A DNA stretch of 64,000 bases from assembly GCF_009914755.1 (NCBI RefSeq), contig NC_060933.1. One strand, given 5' to 3'. The DNA comes from the human T2T-CHM13v2.0 reference genome, Homo sapiens. A program made the position numbers and the translations under genes. Below the pieces are notes generated by a model, which was given only the letters and a program-made list of their open reading frames with translations, was not told where the DNA came from and did not search any database. Below, in pieces: positions 14,186 to 28,985 of this stretch; the first letter of the stretch is position 1; every line of letters begins with the position of its first letter.

Positions 14186-17100
14186 TTTTTGAGGCAAGCT
14201 TCACATAGCATACAATTAACCGTCTTGACCATTTTAGAGTATACAATTCAGTAGTTTTAAAATTATATTTGTGACATGGTCCAACAATCACTGTTATCTA
14301 ATTCCAGAACATTTTTATCACCTTACCCAAAACATCATATATCCATTAAGCAGCCACTCTCCAGCAGCCCCTTACCCCAGCCACTGGCAACCACTTTTCT
14401 GCAACTATGGATTTGCCTTTTCTGAACATTTCATATAAATGGAATCATACAATATGTGACCTCTTATGACTATCTTCTCTCATTTAGAATAATAATTTCA
14501 ACGTTCATCTATGTTTGTAGCATGCATCAGTACTTCATTCTTTTTTATGACTGAATGATACGCCATTATACAGTTATACCACATTTCATTCATCTATTCA
14601 TCAGATAATGAACATTTGGATTGCTTTTACTTTTTGGGTATTATGAATAATAATGTTATGAACATACATGTACGAGATTTTGTGGACATATGTTTTTAAT
14701 TATTTCGAGTATATACCTAGGAGTGGAATTTCAAATGAGTCGTAAGGTAACTCTACGTTTAACTTTTTGAGGAAAAGCCAAAATGTTTTCCACAGTGGAT
14801 GCACCATTTTCCATTGCCACCAGCAACGTAACTTCTCCACATCTTCATCAGTACTGAGGTTGTTGTTGTTGTTATTCTGCTTTTTCTTTTTTTAAATATA
14901 GCCATCCTAATGAATGTGAAGTAATAGCTCATTGTGGTCTTGATTTGCATTTCCCTAATTACTAATTATGTTCACCACCTTTTCAGGTACTTAATGGACA
15001 TTAGTATACATTTTTTGGTGAAATGTCTATTCAAGTCCTTTGTCCATTGATGGTCTTTTTGTTGCTGAAATGTTAAAAGTTCTTCATATATTTTTGGTAC
15101 TAGACTTTTGTCACATATATGGTTTGCAAATATTTTCTTCAGGTCTGTGGGTTGTCTTTTCGCATTCTTGATGGTGTCTTTTGAAACACAAAAATATTAA
15201 TTTTGACAAATTAATTTTTGATTTGTTCCTTATGCTTTTGGTGTCATATTTAATAAACCATTACCTAGCCAAAAAGCCACAAAAAACTGCTTCTAAGGAT
15301 TTTACAGTTTTAACTCTTGTATTTAGGCCTTTCATATCCTTTGAGTTAAATTTTGTATATGATGTGAGGTGGGAGACCAAATTCATTCCTCGGCATGTGT
15401 TCCTCCCATAGTTCCAGAACCATGTGTTATGAAGACTATTATTTCCCAGTAAATGGTCTTGACAAAATTGGTGAAAACCAGTTAATCACAGATGTATGGG
15501 TTTAGTTCCAAACTCTAAATTTTATTCCATTGATCTATATGTCTATACTTATGCCAATATCACACTGACTTGATTAATGTAACCTTGTAAGTTGTGAAAT
15601 AGAAAACTGTGAGTCCTCCAAATTTGTACTTATTTTTCAAGATTGTTTTGGCTATCCAGGGTCCCTTGCAATTCCATATGAATTCTAGAATTGGCTTATC
15701 CATTTCTGGGGAAAACAAACAAACAAACAAAGCAACTGGAAATTTGACAGAGACAGCATTGAATCTGTAGATAAATTTAGAGTATTGCTATCTTAACACT
15801 ATTAAGTCTTTTGACCTAGTAATTTGATATATCCTTTTATATTTATAGCTTCTTCAATTTCTATCAAAAATGTTTTATAGTTTTTAGTGTACTTCTTTGA
15901 TTGAATTTATTCCTATTTTAACATTTTTGGTGCTATTATAAAGGAAAACATTTTCTTAATTTTATTTTCAGATTACTCATTGCATATATATATAGAAATA
16001 CAATTGATTTTGTGTATTTATCTTATATCTTATTACTTTGCCGAACTAGGGTGTTAATTCCAATAATTTCTTAAAGTAGATTCCTTAGGCTTTTCTGTAT
16101 ATAGTGATCATGCCATCTCTAAATAGTTTTACTAATTTCTATTCAATTTGGATTCTTTTTTATTACCTTATTATTTTGCTTAATTTCCCTGGCTTGAACT
16201 TCCACTACAATGTTGAATAGAAGAGGTGAGAGTCAACATCCTTTTCCTGTTCCTGATCAGAAAAAGAAAGCTTTCAGTCTTTCACTATTAAGTATTATGT
16301 TAACTGTGGGATTTTTACATATGACCTTTCTCAAGTTGAGAAAGCTTTTTATTCCTAGTTTGTTCTCTGTTTTTATCCCAAAAGAGTATTGCATTTTGTA
16401 AAAATCAAGATGATTTATCCATTTTGATTAATACACATTTTGATTTTCTGGATCTACTGAGATGATCATGTGGAGTTTTTTTTCTTCATTCTATCAAGAT
16501 AGTGTATTATATTAATTGAGTTTGTATGTTTAACCATACTAGCATTTCTGGGATAAATCTTACTTGATCATGGTATTTAATCTTTTTACCATGCTGTGGT
16601 ATTTACTGTGCTAGCGTTTTACTGATGATTTTTACATGTACTCTCATGAAAAGTATTGATTTGTATTTTTATTTCCTTGTGATGTCTTTGGCTTATTTGC
16701 CCCACTGATTATTTAAGAAAGTGTTCAATATACATATATATCATATATTTCCCAAATTTTCTTGTTATTGATTTCGAATTTTATTTTATTGTCATACAAA
16801 TAACACACTTTGTATTATTTTGATATTTTTAAATTTATGAAGATTTCTTTTGTGACTCAACATATGGTTTATTCTGGAGAACATTCCTTGTGCACTTGAG
16901 AAGAATGTTTAGTTTGATGTTGTTGGGCAGAGTGTTTTACAGATGTCTGTTTGGTCTTGATGGTGCAGTGGTTTTTAATTATTGTATTTATTGGCTGATA
17001 GTCTGTTTAATTGTTCTGTGCATTATTGAAAGTGGGGTATTGAAGTCTCTGACTACTACAGTTAAATTGGCTTTTTTCCCCTTTACACTCAGTTTTTGCT

Positions 17101-19870
17101 TCTTGTATTTTGGGATTTGTTTTTATGTTCATATGTGTTTGTAATTGTTCTACCCTTTATTGATAAATAGACCATTGTATTTATTTAATATCCTTCTTTG
17201 TCTCTCAAATCAATGATTGTGTTAAAGTCTAGTTTGATATTAGTATATAGCTTCTCTTTCTCTTTTTTTTTGTTACTCTGCATGGAGGACCATTTTTCCA
17301 TTTTTTCTTTCAAATTATTTGTTTCTTTGTATTGCAAAAGAGTCTCTTATAGGCAAGATATAGTTAAATCACTTTAAAAAAATCCATTCTGGTACTCTCT
17401 CTGCCTTTTAATTTGAGATTTTAATCCATTTACAGCTAATCAAGTTATGGATAAGGAAGAACTTACTTCTGTCATTTCCTCATTTTACTGTTTGTTTATG
17501 TATCTTACATCTTTTTATTCCTTAATTTCTCCGTTACTGTCTTCTTTTGTTAAACAGTTATTTTCTAAAATTTTAACTCACTTTAATTTCTTCCAGTATA
17601 TATATTTTAGTTATTTTAAAAAGTTGCCCAGGGCATTATAATTAACATTTAAATTTATAACTGTTTAGTTCAAATTAATAGTAACTTAGTTATAATAGTG
17701 TACGTAAATGTTGCTACATTAAGGGGGTATGGGGTGACATATTTGTGTATAAATAGTATAAATAAATATATAGCCATATTTCCTCTTTATTTTGTTATTT
17801 CTTATGTTACACGAATGTACAGTTTAATTGAGATTTAATATTGTTTTATATAGTCATTTTTTAAAATTACATAGAAAAAAAGAAGTTGCAAACAAAACAC
17901 AAACACTGACTTTTATATATCTACCTCTATAGTTACTTTTATCTACATTCTTTATTTCTTTTTAAAATTTGAATTGCTGTCTAGTGTCCTTTCATTTTAG
18001 CCTGAAGGATTTCCTTTAGCATTTCTTGTAGGGAAGGCCTATTATCAAAAAACTCTCAATTTTTGTTTATATTAGAATGCATTAGTTTCTCTTTCATTTT
18101 TGAAGGATGTTTCTGCGTATATAATTCTTAGTTGACTATTTTTTTTCAGCACTTTGAATATGCCATCCCACTGGGTTCTAGTGGTTTCTGATGAGAAATC
18201 ATCTGTTTATTTTATTGATATGACTTGCAGATAGCAGATGCTTCTTTCTGGCTGCTTTTATGTGTTTTCTCTTTGTCCTTGGCTTTTGACAGTTTGATTT
18301 TAATGTGTCTTGGTGCAGATCTCTTTGTGTTCATTGCACTTGGAGTTGGTGGAACTTCTTAGCGTGTAAAATAAAGTTTTCATCAAATTTGGGGAATTTT
18401 TGGCCATTATGTCTTCAAATATTCTTTCTGCCTCTCCCTCTCGCCATTCTTTTGTATTTCTGTTTCTCATACTGTATAATCTCAATAAACTTACCTTTGC
18501 ACGCACTACCTACTTTTTTCTCTGCCTGCTCAAATCTACTGTTAAACAACTTCAGTGAATATCTTATTTCAGTCATTATAGATAGCAACTCCAGAATTTC
18601 TGTTTTGTTCCTTTTAGAATTTATATCTCTTTATTGATATTTACTATTTGGTGAGACACATTTTCATGATTTTCTTTAGTTCTTTGTCCATGGTTTTCTT
18701 CAGCTCCTGATCAGATATAACACTGTTGCTTTCAAGTGTTTTCTTAGTATCCAATATCTGGGCTTTCTCAAGGACAGTTTCTATTAATTGATTTTATTCC
18801 TTTATATGGGACATAGTTTTCTGTTTCTTTGTATTCTTCATATTTCTTTGTTGAAAACTGGATATTTGAAATATTATAATGTGGCAATGCTGGAAATTAG
18901 ATTCTCCCCAGTTTCTAGGATTGATTCTTGCTGATTGTGGCAGTTTTTGTTTGTTTAGTTACTTTTCTAAACTTATTTTGTAAAGTCTGTATTCTTTGTC
19001 ATTTCTGGCCACTAATGCCTCTGTTTCATTGACTTAGTGTTTAGCTACTGACTGGACAGATTTTCTGAGGCCCCTGGAACAAAAAATGTTTCTCCCTCAG
19101 TCATTTAAGTTGGATTCTGCATGTGTGTTGGGGCACACTTTCAGTGTTCATTCAGGCAATTTACGACTTTGCTTTAGCTCTCACTTCTGCTTGTGTAGCG
19201 CCTTAAGGTCAATCAGAAATAAGAGCTTAGGGCTTTCTCGGGTATTTTTTGAGCTATATGAATAGTTCTAGGGATGCACATGACCTTCTAGATTCCCAGG
19301 ATTCTGCCAGAACTTTTCAAAGTCCTTATTCCCAAAAGCTTCTCATTCCTCACTCTTTCCTCCTAAACTTTTTGGTTAGTTTATTATTTTTCCCAACTGT
19401 TATACAGTGCCAGGTAACTGTAACTAAAACACTTGCCTTTCTAAACATTTTTAACAAACCCACTCTGGGTGACCACTGGATGAGTTCAAGTTAGGTGAGA
19501 AAGTACCATTAAGCTGGTCCTCTGAGGAACTACCAGATAGTCAAAACAAACAACCGTCATTTTTGGCAAGTGAGGTTTGTTTTGCTTCCTCTAGTATGAG
19601 TACCTGTACCAGGAGTGTGAACTGTGATCTTCAAGGCTGCCATTGAGCTGGGAAGTGGAGATCAGAGCAGGATAAGTTAAAACATTTTAAAGCTCCCTGT
19701 TCTTTCTGATATTCAGCTCTTTTTCCTAATTAAGTGTTCCCTTAGTAGCTTTTAATTAGTTCCCAGAGTTCTGAAAAAGTTGATTCTGACAGGTTTCCCA
19801 GTAAATTTATTCCTTTTATGGAGGGACAGAATTTTGGATTTGTTACTCAGCCATTTTCACTGATACCAAT
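14186..19870 (-). mobile_element. Long decayed L1M (L1MB-like): 3'UTR, ORF2 with internal deletion near 16690, ORF1 remnant, 5' region
   Basis: ORF2 C-terminal remnant MQIKTTMSYYFTFIRMAIFKK (14759-14950); ORF1 remnant EAERIFEDIMAKNSPNLMK (18300-18506); continuous T-rich antisense L1 sequence. Confidence 0.9.
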
Positions 19871-20416
19871 TTGAGAAGCTATACCTTGTGTGTGTGAGAG
19901 ATATACACATCTCTCACACAGAAACATATTCATATATACATACATACCACATAAACATCTCATAACGTTCACTTTATTTAACTCTCTGACTTATTCTAAA
20001 ACATAATGTGGTTGATTGTTTTGTGTGTGTTTTCTATGCGTCATTATGTAACCCACAAAGAATTGACCCTCTTTCTTCTCTTTCCCACAGATATGCTTTT
20101 TAATTACTCTCACATTTCTATAATGATCAGAGTTTCTATTGCAATTTTGAATAATGTTACTTACTGTGAGGTATCTTTATATTGTTTCATATTTTAATGG
20201 AAATAGAGATTATTACACAATTATAGAATTATAGTTGATATATATTGTTTAAGGAGACATTTTAACAGAATAAAGATACACTTCCCATTTTTTCAGTAAA
20301 ATAAGATAGTTACTGGCTCATGATAAATATTTTTAAATAATTTTGAGTAAGTTTTCTAGTTATATTTTTTTAAAAAAGTTATTCAAATGAACCTTAAGTG
20401 ATTTAAAATTTGCTAA

Positions 20417-20741
<325 letters not shown>

Positions 20742-23218
20742 TGAGATTATACATTTTTTGTCTTGAATTTATTGATTTCCTAACATTAGCTTCTTAATAC
20801 TAAAACAAAGCTCATATTTTCGGGACTGATACCTATATACTCATAGTAGTAGACTTTTAAAAATATACTATTGCCTTCAGTTTATTATTATTTTATATCT
20901 ATTTATAATAAGAAATATCTGTGATTTTTGTTTCTGTGCTGTTTTATCTTTTTCAATTTTGAAAAGTCTGAAAGATCCCATTGGTAACAAAAACCTGGTG
21001 ATGAGGAAATGCATAAAGACAACTTCTGTTCACATTTTAAGTTTTAATCCACAGTAATTTAAATATCTATTTAGAAATTTTACTTGTTATTTTTACTATC
21101 TCATATTCCTCAAAGATTATATACTTTACTGAAATTTTAAAATAGGGTAATTTAGAATTATAAATGTTTTCCTAGAAATACTATTTAAATTTTTTCATAG
21201 TGGTCAAATTATCTTTAGATTTCTAATTTTGTCTATTTTATTTGTTTTCCTAGAATAAATTTGATAAAGTCTTCTTTTGTATGTTGACTTTTATTCAAAA
21301 ATCAAGTTATTTATTTAATTATTGACTATATTTAATTAATTATTGACTATTAGTTCCTTAGTGGAAGCATGTTAGGCTATAGAATTTTTAGTCTCAGGAG
21401 TAGTATCCTTACCGTCATGACTTTCTAAATTATCTGTGGATTTTGTTTTGTTTCCTCTTTGAGTCAAGAACTACTTGTCAATATTTTTATATCCAGTTTT
21501 ATTTCTTTGTTAGAGAATACAGTCTGTGTCATTTGTGAACTTTGGAAATTCTTGCGTTCACTCAAATCTAATATATAAAATTTTAATAGACTCTTGGATA
21601 TGTATATTCCACTTTAAATAAGCTAAGTCCAAAATATTTTTATTCAATGTCACTAAATATATTATTCAAGTGATATATTTATTTTTGTTAAGATGAATTA
21701 TAAAAGATTAGAGAAGATATGTAAAAATATTCCATTTCATATATTTTTCTAAAGGTTTTTGATTTATACATTTTATGCTGTCTTCCTCAAATCAGATAAT
21801 TCATGGTCGTCATAGCTTTATTATTGTTTGACATTTTTATTAATATAAAGTTACCCTCTTTGAGCCACTTAAAACATTTTTTTGGTTCTGAAATTTTACT
21901 TTATGTAGGCAATATACACTTTCTTTCTTCTAATGAATATTTTCTGAACATTTTGAAGACCACTTTGTCCCATTTTATTTTAGGTATAGCTCTTGTAGAT
22001 AGTACACTGTTATATATTGTCATTTTTTTCCAAAGAGCCCTCATCTTTGAACTGGACTATTTATATTATGCCCAATAATCATCAAAACAGATAGGTCTGA
22101 TCTTAATCTTTTTAAGTTTTATGGATAATATTTAATGCTTTCCTTGATGTTTAGTATTATTTTGTTTTCGTTATTGGAATATATTTTATTTGACTATAGT
22201 TGCTGCAGTGACCTGGGGAGTAGATACTCATTTGATTTTACTGATTGTCATACTTTGAATTAAATGAGTCTTATTGTATATTTCTTTGATTATCAAATGT
22301 AAAAATTCAAATAGTAATACTTCAACATTATTTTTATGTTGAAAATTACAGAAACAATACCCAAATGAAATGAAGCAAAAATGAAAATGGGTTAACTCCT
22401 GTAACTGGGAAGTTCTAGGATGAGTCAGGCGTCAGTCGTAATTACATCTAAGAATTAAAATGATATCCTCAGGAATTTGTTCCTCTTCATCCATCTAGTT
22501 CCTGCTGTCTTTTCTCCATGAGCTAACAAGTATTTGAGCTTGAATTGAACTCATGTTTCTGGAATCATAGCCCATAGTTAGACAGTACTAGAAACAATTC
22601 ACATTGTAATCTTTCAGCTGCCTCTCTGTTCTTCCACCTTCTTAATTGATTTTTAAATTTTTGTTTCATGAATATGGCCAAGTTTATCTTCCTTAAGGTG
22701 TCTGTATTCATTGTCTTTATGGCTGGTCTAGGTTTCCTGCAAATTGTCCATGGCTTGCTGTATCACTTCATTGAAGATCAACTCAGATGTCACTATGAGG
22801 GGCTTCTGTGATCAGCTAAATCTAAAATATTTCTTTCGGCATCTGTGTCAATTCCATTACCTTATTTTATGTTCTTGGAAGTACTAATCCATTTCTGAAC
22901 TTAATTATGATTTACTTTTTGTTGACATTATTGCCATTAAGATGTAAGTTTCATGTGAACAGATGCCTTATCTTTATGGGATATTACCACACCCGAGCGC
23001 TTAGATCAGTATCTGGAATTTATTGTATACTCAAAAACAATTTCAGTGAACTAGAAAGGCTCTCAGATTACTATTCAACATGTTTGATTTGATCTTCTAA
23101 ATCTTTAATTTTACTGTTTAATATTCTCACCTTTGATTTCAATTCTGATTTTCTTTTAATTCTTGCAATTCTTCCATATTTCGTTATTCCATTATTTCAT
23201 TTCACCATATGCCACTAG

Positions 23219-23583
<365 letters not shown>

Positions 23584-23729
23584 TATCGATTTGTTTTCTA
23601 ACAATGTCTTCTAGGTTCTATTATAAATCACCTTCGCGAATTTGTTGTTCTTCTAGATATTCATGATACTTCTTTGTCCTTGTTTATGCGGCATTTTAAG
23701 GGCATTTTTTTTTTTGCTTTTCCGTCTTA

Positions 23730-24327
23730 AATTTGCATATAATCATTGTACATATTAATGAGGTACATAGTGATGTTTCAATACATATAATGTATAGTGA
23801 TCAGATCAGGATAATTAGCATATCCACCATCTCAAACATTAATCATTTCTTTGTGTTGGGTGTATTCAATATCCAGTTTTTAGCTATTTGAAACAATACG
23901 TTATTGTTAACTATAGATATCCTATAGTGGTATAGAACACTAGAACTTATTATTTTCATCTAGCTGTAATTTTGTATCATGTAAGAAATCTCTCCTTATC
24001 CCACCTTCCCCTCAACCTTCCCAGCTTCTGGTATGCTCTATTCTACTTTTTACTTCTATAAGATCAATTTTTTTTGGCTTCCGTGATGAGTGAGAACATG
24101 TGGCATTTAACTTTCTGTTCTAAGCTTATTTTACTTAAAATAATGTCCTCCAATTCCATTCATGTTGTTGCAAATAACAGGATTTTGTTCTTTTTTATGG
24201 CTGAATAGTATTACATTGTATTTATACGCAACATTTTCTTTATTCATTTGTCTGTTGTTGGACACCTAGGTTGATTCCATATCCTGGCTTTTATGAAGAG
24301 CACTGCAATAAAAGCAAGAGTGCAGAT
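23730..24327 (-). mobile_element. L1MA 3' end (5'-truncated)
   Basis: TGTATAGTGATCAGATCAGGATAATTAGCATATCCACCATCTCAAACATT...GGACACCTAGGTTGATTCCATATC. Confidence 0.9.
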
Positions 24328-26279
24328 TGCTTTTTCTTTTTAAATATTGGAATGAGAAAAAAAGATACGCAGGATAACTGACAGCATTGGGGCAATGAAT
24401 TTCTTGTTTTCTCTCTACACTGTCCAATTTGGGTCAGTTTACATTCTCTTTTTAATGTCGTTTTAAACAATGGTAGTTATGTAGAGCTTGCACCCCAATT
24501 GTCAGTGCCTCACAGGTATTCTTCTGAAATACCACTGAGATGAGGTAAGATTTTCCTCTTATCTTTGTGTCTGGTTCTGAAACCCTCCAAACTGTTAAAA
24601 CACAAGAACAAAAACAGATTCCTGCATTTGCTATACCTAATATTTGGGGACAAAATACCCACTGATGTTATTTCTTACCTCCCAGTGTACCCATTCCCTA
24701 AACACACATATTTATTTATGCATAACCACTTTTCTTCTCTCTTTTTTGGTACAGTTTTAGTCCTGGAATGGATGTAGAAAGATTGGTGGTGGGGTCAGCA
24801 TTCTCTGTCCCCAAAAGCAGAAGAATATCTACCTGGTTTTGTTGTTTGTCAGGAAGCAGACAGTGAAGAGAGATGAAATAACTTCCTACACTATTTATTT
24901 TTTGTTTCATAAAACATGGCTTGTGAAGTCACAAGTGGTTTGTTGTTGTTGTTGTTGTTGTTATTTTTTGTTAATCTAGCACCTAGAGCTGGGTAGTAAT
25001 TGGAATTCCCAGGCTTAAGTAATAGGTTTTCTATCAGTCTTCATTTTGGGGAGGTGTGAATTTTTCTCTTGTTCTGTTTCTTCATAGGTATTTTAGTGAT
25101 AAATTGGAGAGGCTGCAGCAGAAGTTCCCAGTCAGATGCACTTTAAGCTGAAAGAAGAGAGAGTGTTTTTTGTGTTCACACGTGTCCTGCAGCCAAAGTG
25201 TGCTATGATACTCCTTTGGAGTTTTTATTTTTATTTTTCCCTCAGCAGGACCAATCCTGACTCAAAATCTTTAAAGCTTATGGACTGTGAAGTGATCAGA
25301 TTCACTTGACATTATGCAAAGCACAAAGCTTTTGGGTTTCATTATTTGTGTTGGGTTTAATGAGCCATATGGGGAAAAAAACTAACACCTTATCATTGTG
25401 GGATGGTTAGCACAAAGACAATTAGCAGCACAGGGACATGTTCAACCTAACCTGAAGCCCTAGCAACCTTTGAGGGTTAGTTTTGTTGTTCAATATGCTT
25501 CCCAGGAGTTGTCGACTGAGATTTCTGCATGGTTAGGTCCCAGCTTTCAATGAAAGCCTAGAGCACAAGCATTCAGTAGCGTGGATGCCCTGCGTGTGTT
25601 TGGTGCATGTTGACGAGATCAAATGCACTTTCTTCATGGACTCTGATTTGCTTTATAAACCTGAAAGATAACAAAGGTTGCAACTAAATAAATCAGTCAC
25701 CAAGTGAAAAATACGTCCTCAGCTCAGCACATCTGTGGAATAAATCTGAGAGACAAGAGAAGTCACAAGGACTGCTGACAGGGACCATTCACTTTACTTT
25801 CCTCAGAAAGGACATTTAGTTTTGCTGAAATCAAGTTCAAAGGATGAAGCTGTCAGTCTACGCACATACACACACACATACACATACCACACATGTACAT
25901 ACACACAGCGGCTGCCTTTGGATTTATAGATCTTTGCTCCAAACTCACGATACTTTTAGCAGAAGCCTAACATCTAATGGTTTAGTCCAGTTAAATTTCC
26001 AACCAAAGGGCACCTGAGAGCACATATATGGGCAACTGACTTTAAGAATGAATATTCACTGGCAGTAACAAGAAACAGATCTGCAGCAATGGTTTCACTA
26101 CAAGTAAAGAAACAGATTGAATTGAGAAGACTCTATTCTGTTTATGATGCTTTACTCCACAAAAACACATTCTTCTACTTGGCTTTGATAGCCTTCAATT
26201 ATGGGGCCCATCGTGCCTGGCCTCTTCCTGCTCTTCTGTATCTAGAACACCATTTCCTTCCCCCTGTGTTTCCTGTAGA

Positions 26280-26492
26280 AAAATTATGTTCAGTGGAACT
26301 TTCTGCAATTATAGAAATGCCCTATGAATGCACTATTAAGGTAGCCAATGATCACATGTGTCTATTGAGCACTTGAAATGTGGTTAGAACAATGCAGGAA
26401 CTGAACTTCTAATTTCATTTAATTTTAATTAATTTAGTTTAAAATTTAAAATAGCATCATGTGGCTGGTAGCTACATAGTAGAAAACATAGC
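26280..26492. mobile_element. MER3 hAT MITE
   Basis: GAACTTTCTGCAATTATAGAAATG...CTATTGAGCACTTGAAATGTGG...CATGTGGCTGGTAGCTAC. Confidence 0.8.
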
Positions 26493-26494
26493 TC

Positions 26495-26660
26495 TAGATC
26501 TTTACTATTAAAGTGTGGTCCCTACACAGTAACATCACCTGAGAACTTTCAGGATCCAACATCTTGGACTCCAAACTCGACATACTGAAACTGAGGCTGT
26601 GGTCTAAAAAGATCTTCAGATGATTTGCATGTTCTGTAAAGTTTGAGATCTACTACTCTA
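26495..26660. mobile_element. MER5A-type MITE
   Basis: AAAGTGTGGTCC...CATCACCTGAGAAC...GATGATTTGCATG...TAAAGTTTGAGA. Confidence 0.7.
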
Positions 26661-26710
26661 GACAGCTACTCATGCTTCAAAATTCAAGTTGAGTCATTTC
26701 TTTAGTTAAC

Positions 26711-26999
26711 CAGGATGAACTTACCAGCAGTAGTTACAGTGCTGAGGGCTCTTGATACTTCTCGGGGCCTACGAAATGTTTTAATTTCTTTTAAAATCAG
26801 AAAGAAAAAGGTGAATTTCTAGGTCAAAGAAAATGTTTTAATATGTAACAATGCATTCATCTTTCTACAAACACAGTCACAAGTTGTTATTATATATCAT
26901 ATGCAATATTTAACAAGTAATAAATAACATGTAAATAAAAGAAAGGACATTACAGAGGCAAAAGTGCGAAGGACACATGAATGTCATACTATGGCCCTA
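26711..26999 (-). mobile_element. ORSL-like hAT-Tip100 MITE
   Basis: GATACTTCTCGGGGCCTACGAAATGTTTTAATTTCTTTTAAAATCAGAAAGAAAA and GGCAAAAGTGC...TCATACTATGGCCCT resemble the recalled ORSL consensus. Confidence 0.6.
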
Positions 27000-27059
27000 T
27001 TGGTAACATCTTTGCATCCCTAGCATGACTCAGCATTATCTCTTCCTGTCCTGTCGTGG

Positions 27060-27519
27060 TAAGGGCGGAGACCACCCCTCATATTGTCTTATGCCCAATT
27101 TCTGCCTCCAAAGAAAAAAGGAAGTAAAAACTAAAAGGCAGAAATGAAATCCTCAGGCAGACAGCCTGGCGCCACACCCTGGGCCTGGTAAAGATCAACC
27201 CCTGACCTAATCGCTTATGTTATCTATAGATTACACACATTGTATGAAAAAGCACTGTGAAAATCCCTGTCTTGTTCTGTTCCATTCTAATTACCGGTGC
27301 ATGCAGCCCCCAGTCACATACCCCCTGCTTGCTCAAATCAGTCATGACCCTCTCACATGGACCCCCTTAGAGTTGTAAGCTCTTAAGAGGGACAGGAATT
27401 GCTCACGCGGGGAGCTCGGTTTTTGGAGATGTGAGTCTGCCGATGCTCCCAGCAGAATAAAGCCCTTCCTTCTACAACTTGGTGTCTGAGGGGTTTTGTC
27501 TGTGGCTCGTCCTGCTACA
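27060..27519 (+). mobile_element. Solo ERV1 LTR (LTR2B-like, HERV-E group)
   Basis: GGAGACCACCCCTCATATTGTCTTATGCCCAATTTCTGCCTCCAAAG start, AATAAA ~27456, ends CCTGCTACA; 4-bp TSD GTGG on both sides. Confidence 0.9.
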
Positions 27520-28263
27520 GTGGGTTTGGTGATCATCCTCATCACAGTGTACTACAAGGATGTATTTGTTTGTCCCTTGGAGATTAGAACATGCCTTGCT
27601 TGTATCTACAGAACTGAGCCTGTGTTCTGTAACACACCTGGTGCTCAATAAATGTACAAAAGAAGAAAGGAAAGAAGGCAGGAAGATGAGAATAGATTCT
27701 GATAGATTTAGTACTTTACTAGAGAGAGTAAATTATTGTAGTCATGTCTCTTAAATTAATTATGATAAGATGAAAAGTAAAACCAAACCCTCAAAGTCAT
27801 GATAAACGAGCCTCCCATTAGGAGATACACAGAAGCAAATCTTTCTCCTGCCAGAAAATCGTGAATAATGTGCTGTGGTCAAAAGAAAGAGCGTTACTCT
27901 TGGTATTAGGACACTTGAGCTTTCTCCTTGTTGTGTCACTGATAATTGTTTCTACATTTGGTCATGCCATTTTACTGTTGATGTCTCAATTCCCCATTGA
28001 TAGAATAAGATAATAAGCAGCAAACTGTTTTTGAATTCCTACTGGGTCAGTGAGTTTTTAACAACTTTTAGTGAATTAATTTATTTAATCTTCTCGAAAA
28101 CTCTATTATGATACCATTTTACAGATGAGAAAACCAAAAGAACAAAGAGTTTAACGATCGTGCCCCAGATCACACAGTACTCAGATTCAGGCTCTCTGAT
28201 CTTATTGTCTAAGTTGAACTGTTACTCTCTATTGGCTGAGATAAATGATTGCATCTTATGTAG

Positions 28264-28659
28264 TGTTATGGGCTGAGTTGTATATTGCCCCAAATTAATA
28301 TGCTGAAGTCCTCACTTCTGGTACCTCAGAATCTGACAGTATTTATAGATAAGATCTGTAAAAAAAGTGATTAAATTAAAATGTGGTCATTAAAGTGGGC
28401 CCTAATTCAAAATAACTAGTGAATTTATAAGAAGAGAAAACTAGGACACAGATTTGTAGAGGAGGAAGACTTATATGAAAACACAGGGAGAAGACAGCCA
28501 TCTACAATCCAGGGAGGAAGAGAGGCCTCAGAAGAAACCAGCCCTGCCAACACCTTGATGTCAAACTTCAGCCTCTAGAACTGCATGAAAACAAATATCT
28601 GTTGTTAAAGCCACCCAGTTTGTGGTATTTTGTTATGGTAGCCCTAGCAAGCTAATACA
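28264..28659 (+). mobile_element. MaLR LTR (MLT1B-like)
   Basis: TGTTATGGGCTGAGTTG...TACCTCAGAATCTGAC...GCCACCCAGTTTGTGGTATTTTGTTATGGTAGCCCTAGCAAGCTAATACA. Confidence 0.9.
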
Positions 28660-28985
28660 TATAGCACAAGACTTATATAATAATGAATAAATGGTACTAC
28701 TAAAATATGCAAAATGTAGGCTCTCATTCATTCATTTATCCAACAAATGTTATTTTCTATTAAGCAAAAGCAATCTGTTGGTTGCCAAAAGAGATAACAA
28801 GGAATCGGATAAGTTTATATAATTATATCATAAATTAATATTTTATTGACTTGTCCTCAGCCTATTCCACCATGGCTTACAGCCACCAGACTGTAAGCAC
28901 CATGAATGCAGAGTGTGTTCAATAAATACCTGTAGAATGGATGAATGACTGAGCATGCTGCTGAACGAAGCCCATTGTTTGGGTT

